Origin: a virus
DNA: 64,000 nucleotides
Reading direction: 5' to 3' (one strand)
Virus record (IMG/VR): IMGVR_UViG_3300035696_000024
Location: 26,209 to 90,208 of that record
Numbering within the stretch: position 1 is the stretch's first letter; every line of letters starts with the position of its first letter. The notes beneath the pieces were generated by a model. That model searched no databases. It was not told the DNA's origin and worked only from the letters and a program-made list of their open reading frames with translations. A program made the translations under genes and the position numbers. This document shows positions 29,679 to 38,411 of the stretch, in pieces.

Positions 29679-30902
29679 TTAAATGATTATCGGTTGTGGA
29701 AACATCTTGATAAATTTGCCTTTGTAAACAGGTTTGACAGACTGGATAATGTAATCAGCAAAATTGTGTGCCAGAATTATAACATAGTCAGGAGGGTCTT
29801 TGATAAGTCTGTTTCTGTCAACTATTTGTATTCCAATACCCGGCATAAACTTGTTTTGTTTTGTATCAGTATCATCAACGATGTAATCTATGGTTTCGTA
29901 ATTTATTTTGGTGGCGTTTAGAAAAGTGCATCCTTTGGCCGCTGCACCAAATGCTGCAATTCTTTTACCTTCTTTTTTGATGTTTGACAAAAAGGTTTTA
30001 CTGTCTGCTATATGGCTCTTTACATTTTTACCCCAATTTTTGTAAAAATTTTCATCAAATTTTGATTCTTCTTTTAGGAAGTTTGATACGGCTGGATTTG
30101 GAGACCTGTTTCTTCCTATTCTACTGATAACTCTAAGACTACCGCCATGAATTGTTTGTTCTGACACGTCAATAATTTCCAATCCATTTTGTTCAAATAA
30201 ATCACATAACGGTGCCATCAAATAGTAGTATATGTGTTCATGATATACTTGGTCATATTGGTTGGTTTCCAAATCTTTTCTCCAATATGGAAATTCCAGA
30301 CACCAAATTCCATCTTGTGATAAAGCTCGATGAATTCCTTGAACAAACTCTCTTATATTTTCCGTGTGTTGAAATACATTTGTGGATGTAATAACTTTGC
30401 ATTTATGTGGCAGTGATGCCGCTACACGATAATTCCACATCATGTTCCAAGTTTCAACACCAATTCCTTTGCTAATCTTACCTAGATTTTCTGAGGGGTC
30501 TATGTTAAGAACATTAAACTCACATTTTGATTTTTTAAGAAATGTGTGTAATAACGTTCCATCATTACCGCCTATATCAACCACCCAATCATTTTTTCTT
30601 ATGGATGCAAATTTTGATATGTAATTATACATTTCTTTGCAGTGGTCAATGTATGGTTGACTTGTCCCTGATTTATAGACATAATTGCTGAACAATATTT
30701 TGGGTTCTATAGCTATGGACAACATCGAAAGCTTGCTATCGGGATAATAGTTCACAACCAAAGGATAATGAGGACATTCCAATGACGCTTTTTTTGTTTC
30801 ACTAAGATTGTTTACCAAAGGCATCATTCCAAAATCCAAATACGTTGTATTTTTTTCGGAATAACTGATGGGACATTTGGTTAGTGATTTATACTCTTTC
30901 AT
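29679..30902 (-). CDS. NDP-sugar C-methyltransferase
   Basis: LDFGMMPLVN, DIGGNDGTLL, DQVYHEH, HGGSLR, FGAAAKG, LAHNF. Confidence 0.88.
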   Translation of the reverse strand: MKEYKSLTKCPISYSEKNTTYLDFGMMPLVNNLSETKKASLECPHYPLVVNYYPDSKLSMLSIAIEPKILFSNYVYKSGTSQPYIDHCKEMYNYISKFASIRKNDWVVDIGGNDGTLLHTFLKKSKCEFNVLNIDPSENLGKISKGIGVETWNMMWNYRVAASLPHKCKVITSTNVFQHTENIREFVQGIHRALSQDGIWCLEFPYWRKDLETNQYDQVYHEHIYYYLMAPLCDLFEQNGLEIIDVSEQTIHGGSLRVISRIGRNRSPNPAVSNFLKEESKFDENFYKNWGKNVKSHIADSKTFLSNIKKEGKRIAAFGAAAKGCTFLNATKINYETIDYIVDDTDTKQNKFMPGIGIQIVDRNRLIKDPPDYVIILAHNFADYIIQSVKPVYKGKFIKMFPQPIII

Positions 30903-30906
30903 TGGT

Positions 30907-31506
30907 TTATTTTCTGTATATCATCAACACATCATCATATCTGTCTTTTACTTTTCTAAGGTCTATTACTTCTACGTTGGAATCAAGGCTTTTCAATATG
31001 TGCCCTTCTGTGTCCAATGATTGGACATCTTCTATGATGTAAAGGCCACCTTTTTTTAATTTTGAAAAGTAAATTGGAAACCTCACTGCTTGATAATTGA
31101 CTTCATGACTAGCATCATCCATGACTATATCAAATTCAATGTCGGAATAAAATTTGCTTATTATTGATGGGTCATTTGCATCATAAAATGTAACCTTTAC
31201 ATCTTCATCGTATTGTAATACGTCCCTGTTATCTATTCCATATATGTTGGCCTTTTCAAAATATGCTCGCCATAAAGCAAGACTAAATCCAAAATCTGCT
31301 CCTATTTCCAAAAAGTTTATTGGTTCGTTTCTGTAAGGTTCGAACAAGGTTGAATAAGTGTCAATATAACTGTGGGTGGTTCCCTTGTCCGTAGCATAAC
31401 CCAAGGCTAGAACTTCATCGTGAATTTGCTTAAGCGTTTTTTCTTTGCTTTGAAGTGGTTTTACCGAAGGCCTGTATGCTTGTTTTCTGATTATCCATTC
31501 ACTCAT
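30907..31506 (-). CDS. Class I SAM O-methyltransferase
   Basis: TDKGTTHSY, LEIG, DIVMDDASH, GGLYIIEDV. Confidence 0.8.
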   Translation of the reverse strand: MSEWIIRKQAYRPSVKPLQSKEKTLKQIHDEVLALGYATDKGTTHSYIDTYSTLFEPYRNEPINFLEIGADFGFSLALWRAYFEKANIYGIDNRDVLQYDEDVKVTFYDANDPSIISKFYSDIEFDIVMDDASHEVNYQAVRFPIYFSKLKKGGLYIIEDVQSLDTEGHILKSLDSNVEVIDLRKVKDRYDDVLMIYRK

Positions 31507-32177
31507 ATCACATGATGTCCTTTGTTGTCGTCAACACTAAACTGTTGGTTGTATCTTAAATTTGTCTGTATTTGCTTTTCTATGGTTTTGTCATGATAAA
31601 GGGCTATGGTTTCATCAGGAGGGAGAAAAGCATATTCAGTATGACCGGTGATTTTTTCATGTAATTTTCTGTCCCATTTAATTCGGTCTATATCTTTTTT
31701 GTAAATTCTTCCTTGATAATCCGGCCAATTAACCAGCGGTCTGCTTTCATAATCAGACGACGCGGGAGTTAATTTCCACCCCCATTGTTTTGCATGTTCC
31801 AATGTTACTCCCTTGTAATCATTGATTCTTGGAACATACATCAATTCAATATTCAAATTGGTTGATATTATATCTCTTATATTAAAAATCAATGTTTCAG
31901 ATGGTAATTCATCAGCATCAATTTGAAATATCCAATCGCCAGAACATTTGGAATTACCAAAATTTTTATGTGAACCATAATCGTTATTTAACGCATGTTG
32001 AAAAATTATTATTTTTCCAGAGGCTTTGCTTAGAATTTTTTTGGTTTCATCGTTATCTGAAAAATCATCAATAACAATAATTTCATCTTCATCAAACTTA
32101 TCGTTTATCAGTCGTTCTAAAAGTTTGATTAAAGTATCAGTTTCATTGTGAACAGTGATTAGATACGAAATTTTCAT
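31503..32177 (-). CDS. Glycosyltransferase family 2
   Basis: VHNE, DDFSD, WIFQIDADE, WPDYQGRI, LHE. Confidence 0.85.
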   Translation of the reverse strand: MKISYLITVHNETDTLIKLLERLINDKFDEDEIIVIDDFSDNDETKKILSKASGKIIIFQHALNNDYGSHKNFGNSKCSGDWIFQIDADELPSETLIFNIRDIISTNLNIELMYVPRINDYKGVTLEHAKQWGWKLTPASSDYESRPLVNWPDYQGRIYKKDIDRIKWDRKLHEKITGHTEYAFLPPDETIALYHDKTIEKQIQTNLRYNQQFSVDDNKGHHVI

Positions 32178-33571
32178 GTCGAACTTGTTGCATTATTATT
32201 TGAACCTGTTTCTGATGAGCTTGTTTCTGGTAGTGAACTTGTATCTGGCGTTTTGATGGTGGTTCCAAGACCCACTTTGCGTAATTTTGGTAGAACCAGT
32301 TTGGTTTCAGTGGCGAATTTAGGAACGTATTGGTCCAAAAATCCGTGAAACTTTTTGTCCATTGCTTGAATGGAAAATTCCACGACATTTCTTTGACGAA
32401 GTTTTTCTGCTAATTCAAGATGTGGTTTGTAAAAATGAAAACAGTTTTTCATTGATTCCATTGCTTTAAGATAGTTCACAGTAAACCATCCTGATTCCTT
32501 AATCAACCATTCATTTACACAATCTCCCGGAATCTGTTTTACTTCACCATCCAATAATTTACAGAGTTTGGTGTCAAGAAAATCCAAATGACCACTCCAG
32601 TTGGAAACCAACAGGGGCTTACCACTTAGAGTTGAAAGAAGTAGTGGATGACCGAATCCTTCACCATGAGTAAAAGAAATGTGTGCTTTAATCTTTGAAT
32701 GATTATAAAGAGCATTCATTTCTGATTCTGTTAATTCACCATATAAAATATACACATTTGGAAGGTCAGTCGTCTTTCTTTCCTGTTCAACTATGGCTCT
32801 GACGGATTTTAATCTGTTAATCATGTCGTGTTTATCCATATTACAGATTGCTGCACCACTTGTTTTGATTATCAAAGCTGGTTTCTTTTTAAGTCCCATG
32901 TTGGAAAATGTTGTAAGAAAACATTTGATTAGATTGCCTATATCTTTTCTATCACTAAATAATCCACCACTGGTCCATTGACCAACAAACAAAAAACAAA
33001 AATCTTCCTTGATAACGGATAGTTCTTCTTCAACTCTTGCTTCAAATGTTTTGTCATTTCCATAAATTGACAAGTCTGCTCCCCAAAACAACACTTCCAT
33101 TGGTTTCAATGATTTCAACGAAGGTTGTGGTGGTTGATTTGGCTCTTGTTGTTTTTGATAAACTGCTTCCTCAAAAACTTTTTTAGCATGGTTTGAAGTA
33201 ACGATGTTAAAGTTCATTCTATTCAATCCTTCAACCCAATCTGGTCTGGCAATGGTTGTTTCTATTCCAGCGGTTACACCAATGTTATATTTTGCTGGTG
33301 GCTGAAATTCATTAGGAATGGAACATTGAATGAACAAATCTGGTTGACGAGTCACAGGTTGTCTTATGATTTTCTTAAATAATTCCTTTTCCACGGGGTC
33401 GGTCATATCTGATTCCAAATATTTTCGACTGCATCCACCCCAACGAGTAGGAACAATCATCAAGTCATATTTGTCGTATCTTAACAAACTTTTAGCCAAC
33501 GCCATTCCCAAATCGCCATAGCCGCTACGAGTCCACATTGGACTCTGAAATATACACAGTGGTTTACTCAT
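32174..33571 (-). CDS. Glycosyltransferase family 4 (GT-B)
   Basis: TRSGYG, FLFVGQW, RKDIG, THGEGFGHPLL, WSGHLDF. Confidence 0.85.
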   Translation of the reverse strand: MSKPLCIFQSPMWTRSGYGDLGMALAKSLLRYDKYDLMIVPTRWGGCSRKYLESDMTDPVEKELFKKIIRQPVTRQPDLFIQCSIPNEFQPPAKYNIGVTAGIETTIARPDWVEGLNRMNFNIVTSNHAKKVFEEAVYQKQQEPNQPPQPSLKSLKPMEVLFWGADLSIYGNDKTFEARVEEELSVIKEDFCFLFVGQWTSGGLFSDRKDIGNLIKCFLTTFSNMGLKKKPALIIKTSGAAICNMDKHDMINRLKSVRAIVEQERKTTDLPNVYILYGELTESEMNALYNHSKIKAHISFTHGEGFGHPLLLSTLSGKPLLVSNWSGHLDFLDTKLCKLLDGEVKQIPGDCVNEWLIKESGWFTVNYLKAMESMKNCFHFYKPHLELAEKLRQRNVVEFSIQAMDKKFHGFLDQYVPKFATETKLVLPKLRKVGLGTTIKTPDTSSLPETSSSETGSNNNATSST

Positions 33572-33572
33572 A

Positions 33573-34253
33573 TTATGATATTCGTTTCTCTCTTTCTCTT
33601 ACCATCGTTTCATATTTTGGTGGAGTTGGGCTTTCCGATGCTCCTGTTTTCTTCCATTTTTCAACTATATTACTGTTTTCTTTCGGTGATTCGCTTTTTT
33701 TTTCTGTAATGGTTGATGTTGTGCTGCCGAATCCACCTGTTCCTCTGACCGTAGTGGTTAAATCTGCAACTACAATCCAATCTACGTGATTTGTAACTTC
33801 TGATACAAGTTGCCCAATTTTATCGCCTTTCTTGTAGATTTTTTCCATGTTGATTTGACCTCTTAATGTTTTTCTCCCCGTAGTGTCATCAAGTGGAACA
33901 ACACAAGGAAACATGTCGTCAGGTTGCCATATGTATTTAAAACACAAAATTAATTCACCCCTGTAATCATTGTCAATCAGTCCTATGCTGTTTGCTAAAA
34001 CCAAATTATATTTTCTCACACTTGAACGGGGAAAAATAAGAGTGTGATAATCGTGGTAGTAATGGTCTGCTTGTGGAGCAATAAATAATCCCGTTTTATA
34101 TTCGATGTAATCTATTGATTTCCAAATATTTATCCCGTCCTGTTCTCCGACAATTTTTGGGTCTTCCAATGCTACAACATCATATCCAGAGGATTGTGGA
34201 GTAGCGGCTTGTGGTATGATTAAATCTTTTGAGTCTTTAACGTGTATTTTCAT
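33573..34253 (-). CDS. dut: dUTPase (trimeric)
   Basis: SSGYDV, PRSS, GLIDNDYRGE, GDKIGQL, RGTGGFGST. Confidence 0.93.
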   Translation of the reverse strand: MKIHVKDSKDLIIPQAATPQSSGYDVVALEDPKIVGEQDGINIWKSIDYIEYKTGLFIAPQADHYYHDYHTLIFPRSSVRKYNLVLANSIGLIDNDYRGELILCFKYIWQPDDMFPCVVPLDDTTGRKTLRGQINMEKIYKKGDKIGQLVSEVTNHVDWIVVADLTTTVRGTGGFGSTTSTITEKKSESPKENSNIVEKWKKTGASESPTPPKYETMVREREKRIS

Positions 34254-34292
34254 GTAACCAATTATATCGCAACTATCAAATTATTCAACTTA

Positions 34293-34766
34293 TTATAGTT
34301 GTTCTACCAACACTTCGTATTTAAATCCACACAATTTATATCTTATGACATCATACCATTTCGGTATTTCAAGCAAATCAACGCTCACACCTTCTTTTAT
34401 TGTCAATCTGGCTACTGCTGGAGAGGTTTTTATTCCTGCTAACAACCGAAGCCTGTTTTTAAAGTTGGTTCTTTCATTAATTTTTTTCCTATCAAATGAA
34501 GGAGATAAACTTTGATAAAATGATGGTTGTGTGTTTTCTGATTCTGCACTACCACTAACAGAATTGTCACCACTTGCCAATTCATCAATCATTTCATCCA
34601 AATCTCCTGTAGTAACCCCTTCTTCTGCCACTTTTTTGATTATTGTTACATTACGTTCAGGAAATGCTTCTTCAAGTGCTGCTTTAGCTTTGTTTAATGC
34701 GTCTTCTCTTTGTTGTTTTGCTTCCGTTATACAAGACTCCATTAATTTTCGTTCTCTGTCATTCAT
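34293..34766 (-). CDS. Hypothetical protein, scaffold-like motifs
   Basis: EAKQQREDALNKAKAALEEAF, DLDEMIDEL, RLRLLAGIK. Confidence 0.55.
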   Translation of the reverse strand: MNDRERKLMESCITEAKQQREDALNKAKAALEEAFPERNVTIIKKVAEEGVTTGDLDEMIDELASGDNSVSGSAESENTQPSFYQSLSPSFDRKKINERTNFKNRLRLLAGIKTSPAVARLTIKEGVSVDLLEIPKWYDVIRYKLCGFKYEVLVEQL

Positions 34767-36247
34767 ACCGATATTGTATTAAGTTGTTGTTTGAGTTTTT
34801 CTTGGTCAATCTTTGGAATTTCAAATCCCATTCCACCCGGCATCAAATTACCAACATAATCTTTTTCGGTAAATATACTGAAAGGTTTTACAGGTTGAAA
34901 ATTATCCAATGTGTAGTCCATACATTTGATGAATTCATTACACATATTTTCAGAATTGATTCCACCGGTACCCATTGCCCATTCTCTTCCCTTTATTCCG
35001 CATTGTTCTCGTTTTGCTGACCCCATTAAATACCAATACATCATTCCTTCAGCAGCATCTTCCCATCGTGTCATATCGTCAAAAATATATGGCGTTGGTA
35101 TGCTTCCTTGGATGCATTGAACAAGAGGATATACAGGATAGGCCCATATACCATGTTTTTTGTATTTGCCCACATTATTTGAACCAAAGTGTAAATCAAA
35201 CTCAATAGGCGAACCATCATCTTTTGTTTGGCCAATCTGGTCCTGTAATCCACCTGTTACGGCTACAATGATTGGTGTGCCTGCCATCAACGATTCAGCC
35301 GTTGAAAGACCGAATCCTTCATTTGATGATAGGTTGATGGTAATATCAGCAATATTATACAACACATTCAAATCTTCTGGCGTATATTTTGCCGTGGAGA
35401 ATACAACATCATAATTTGGACAAAACGCTTCTTTAACAGCCATCAAGTCTGTTCCAGCATCTTGACGAACTTCGGTGTGTAATACCAGCACACATTTTTC
35501 CGCCTCTTCTTTTGTAAGATTGTCACAAAACGCTTTGTAGGCCAACATAATGTTGCTTGTTCTCTTTCTCTGAACATTGCGTGAATTGTAAAAGATTACA
35601 AAGTCATAATTTTTGTTGTTGAAAATTTGTCTTTTTTTCTCTTTAAGGGCTTTGTCATCATCTGGAATGGGATGAAATATTTTACTATTTATACCATGTG
35701 GGACATAGTGCAATACGGTTTTATTGTCGGTGTCTTTTGAATCAATAGTGGAAACCTTATCAGGCCCCAACACCCACTTGTTGATATTATAGGTCTGTTT
35801 GCTTATTGACATCAATAAATCACATGATTCATAATATGGTCTGTTATACATTGGATATGGAACATCATCCCAAATGTTCAAATAAGTAAGAGGTATTTTG
35901 GACCTTACTTGTCTTTCTATTGCGTAAAGCCAACCCCAGAAACGCGGGTCGGTAAAGTGCATCAATGCATCAGGTTTTTCTCTTTCAATAATATTAAATA
36001 GTAATTCCTCATTACCATAACCATCAACCGGATAAAGAGTGACATGCGCATCTTTAACACCAGTCATTTGTGTAGTTGCTGCATCCATGTTTATTACTTT
36101 ACCTTTGTCAGGGTGTTGAATGGCGCCAGCAATTTGAACCCAATCATAAGCCCTAACCGTTCCTAAAACGAGTTCCCGGCTCATTGTGGCAACGCCACTG
36201 TGCATCCTTAAATCGTCTGATAACAATAGAATTTTTCTTTTACTCAT
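34763..36247 (-). CDS. Glycosyltransferase family 4 (GT-B)
   Basis: SDDLRMHSGV, VPHGI, RNVQRK, SSNEGFGLSTAESL, TGGLQDQ. Confidence 0.88.
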   Translation of the reverse strand: MSKRKILLLSDDLRMHSGVATMSRELVLGTVRAYDWVQIAGAIQHPDKGKVINMDAATTQMTGVKDAHVTLYPVDGYGNEELLFNIIEREKPDALMHFTDPRFWGWLYAIERQVRSKIPLTYLNIWDDVPYPMYNRPYYESCDLLMSISKQTYNINKWVLGPDKVSTIDSKDTDNKTVLHYVPHGINSKIFHPIPDDDKALKEKKRQIFNNKNYDFVIFYNSRNVQRKRTSNIMLAYKAFCDNLTKEEAEKCVLVLHTEVRQDAGTDLMAVKEAFCPNYDVVFSTAKYTPEDLNVLYNIADITINLSSNEGFGLSTAESLMAGTPIIVAVTGGLQDQIGQTKDDGSPIEFDLHFGSNNVGKYKKHGIWAYPVYPLVQCIQGSIPTPYIFDDMTRWEDAAEGMMYWYLMGSAKREQCGIKGREWAMGTGGINSENMCNEFIKCMDYTLDNFQPVKPFSIFTEKDYVGNLMPGGMGFEIPKIDQEKLKQQLNTISV

Positions 36248-36258
36248 AATGGGTAATT

Positions 36259-36477
36259 TTAAGAACCGAATGAGCCCGTTGTATCACTTAGAACTGGAAC
36301 AATAAAATTGTTTACAAGAGTTCTAAATGATGAACTTGCAGAAGTGTCGCCCACGTAAAGATGAACGCATTTATCAACGAATGTTTGAAGAGTAAGATTG
36401 TTTTGAATACCTAATATCTTAAAATTATCATACAGGCTTTTTTCAATCTTAACCGTAGTAGCTGTTTTTGTTTTCAT
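36259..36477 (-). CDS. Ribbon-helix-helix-like regulator heading the glycan operon
   Basis: Beta strand TTVKI, helix KSLYDNFKILG, helix TLQTFVDKCVHLY. Confidence 0.55.
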   Translation of the reverse strand: MKTKTATTVKIEKSLYDNFKILGIQNNLTLQTFVDKCVHLYVGDTSASSSFRTLVNNFIVPVLSDTTGSFGS

Positions 36478-36485
36478 ATGTATGT

Positions 36486-36501
36486 AAACGTTTTAACGTT
36501 T
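36486..36501. promoter_or_regulatory. Tandem 8-bp palindromic operator AAACGTTT-TAACGTTT
   Basis: Lies between a minus-strand TATGTATA (36505-36512) and the RHH ATG. Confidence 0.55.
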
Positions 36502-36532
36502 GACTATACATATTGGCGGTTTATGAAAGTAG

Positions 36533-37078
36533 TTATTTTATTTTCTTAGGATAGGGTCTGTGTGGTAATTTATTTCTGAGAGCTTTTAAATTGCCACGAA
36601 GAATATAAGCATATTTGTGAAATCCTTGTTTGGTTTTACCAAGATAAATTGCGTTGGTTGCTTGATAAACTGTTCCAATGTGCCCGGCTTTCTCATTAGC
36701 ATTAGTTACCACCACTTTTACATTGGGTTCATCCTGTTTTAACATTCTTAATGTCTGCGCAATAACATAAGATTCCAAATTAGGAATACCAACGTCGGCA
36801 ATATACAATCTTTTCAAATCCAATACTTCTTTTGAGATTGCTTCCGGATTTAGAAATTTTGAAATGGAAGGCATGGCAGACCCGTATATAGCCATTCCAA
36901 TTACCATATTTCCCTGATGTGGGCGTTTGTATCTTACAACATATACTCTTTTAATGTGAGATGGAAGGGAACGCAAATAATGTTTTTTCGCAAGTTGTAT
37001 TATTGCTTCTTTTGTGGCAGGAATAACTTCTATTTCATCCTGCAATCTCTCAATAATTATTTGTTTTTTAACTCCCAT
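36533..37078 (-). CDS. Mom-family GNAT-fold protein
   Basis: KHYL, IGMAIYG, LDLKRLY, ESYVIAQTL, GHIGTVYQATN, KYAY. Confidence 0.72.
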   Translation of the reverse strand: MGVKKQIIIERLQDEIEVIPATKEAIIQLAKKHYLRSLPSHIKRVYVVRYKRPHQGNMVIGMAIYGSAMPSISKFLNPEAISKEVLDLKRLYIADVGIPNLESYVIAQTLRMLKQDEPNVKVVVTNANEKAGHIGTVYQATNAIYLGKTKQGFHKYAYILRGNLKALRNKLPHRPYPKKIK

Positions 37079-38408
37079 AATTTTTCATCTGCCGTTCTGC
37101 TACTTGGATAAGTTTTCTGATAATTTCTTCAGCTTTGCCACCACCCAACAAAACTTCTTTTATGTGTGGTATTGGTATTCTGTAAAATAATTTCTTTACC
37201 AAAGGCAGGTATTCTATTTTGTCTGCTGGTATCAATCGTCGCAATCTGTTATCCAATCCCGGTCCTGCTAAAAATTGTTTCATTTCGTCGCTCAATTTTT
37301 CTGTATCTAATTGTTCTTGAGAGGCGACATCCATAGAAATATATTCTCCTATACCTTTAACCAACTCATGAATCAGTAATACAAAATTTCTTCCCCTGAC
37401 TTTAATGGTATATTTGTCACCTGTTGGAATTACTTCTTCACTGCCAACGGCACAACTATTTACAAAATCTCTAGTAAATCCCATACTTGGCATTCTATAA
37501 TTTAGAACTAATGATACAGCCGATAAAAGTCCATATTTTTGTGGTAAAGTTCCATCTATTCTTTGTAATTCCTCATTTACCTCGTTAAAAAGAAAGAATT
37601 TATTCAGAGCATCCCCTTGAGTAATATAATTTGCTAATGCTCGTCTTAATTTACCTTCTGTGTCTATGGACAAAGCTGAATAAATTTGAGTATTGAGATT
37701 TTCAGCTACAGTCAATCCATTGCCCATCAGTTGGTCCAATTCATCTTCAGCAACAGCATTCATAAGGTCAGCAGTATCCAATTTAAGGTCTATGATGATT
37801 TCTCCTGATTGAATGAGTTGTTTTATGAATTTATATTCTCTAAGATTAAGAACTAAGCTTACAGCAAGTCTTTCAAATTGTGTTTTTCTGGTGCTTTCTA
37901 TCTCTTCAACTTGGGTTGCTGTTGCCATGAGCACTTCCAACATGCTCGGTAGGGTTGGAAATAATCTTTGGAGTTCCGATATAGGTTGTCCAGTATAGTG
38001 AGCAAGTCTATCTACAGCTTTTTTATAACCTTCACTCGTAATAATTTCAAGGTATTTGTCTGCATTAGCTCCAAGGTTTGGAAGTATTGATTCAACATAA
38101 TCGGTTTCATTTTCTATTGCTGCTCTTTTTTCAGGATGAATAAAATCAGGATAATCTCCTACATTTATAGTTTCTTTTACACTTTTTCTTGCATTTATAA
38201 ACAGTTGAACGTCGTGTGACAATGCTTTTGGTCTTGGCCGAATTCCCGGTCTTGTTGGTTGAAGCGGGCTGGGTTTTTTTGGAACAGGTGGTGAAGTTGG
38301 TCGTTTGATTGGAGAAGGTTTAGTTGGTGCTGGCACAGTTGTAGGCTCAGTGGACAGTGCTTCTTGAACCATTAATTTGATTATATTTTTCAACTGACAC
38401 CTTTTCAT
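37068..38408 (-). CDS. Hypothetical (putative virion) protein with Pro-rich N-terminus and HExxK motif
   Basis: QLKNIIKLMVQE leader; PxxP run; LLIHELVKG. Confidence 0.65.
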   Translation of the reverse strand: MKRCQLKNIIKLMVQEALSTEPTTVPAPTKPSPIKRPTSPPVPKKPSPLQPTRPGIRPRPKALSHDVQLFINARKSVKETINVGDYPDFIHPEKRAAIENETDYVESILPNLGANADKYLEIITSEGYKKAVDRLAHYTGQPISELQRLFPTLPSMLEVLMATATQVEEIESTRKTQFERLAVSLVLNLREYKFIKQLIQSGEIIIDLKLDTADLMNAVAEDELDQLMGNGLTVAENLNTQIYSALSIDTEGKLRRALANYITQGDALNKFFLFNEVNEELQRIDGTLPQKYGLLSAVSLVLNYRMPSMGFTRDFVNSCAVGSEEVIPTGDKYTIKVRGRNFVLLIHELVKGIGEYISMDVASQEQLDTEKLSDEMKQFLAGPGLDNRLRRLIPADKIEYLPLVKKLFYRIPIPHIKEVLLGGGKAEEIIRKLIQVAERQMKNYGS

Positions 38409-38411
38409 AAT

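Noticed and set aside
14302-36247. Bacterial O-antigen locus or chimeric assembly
   Set aside because: No export or polymerase genes; interleaved with phage dUTPase, a homing endonuclease and phage-type motifs
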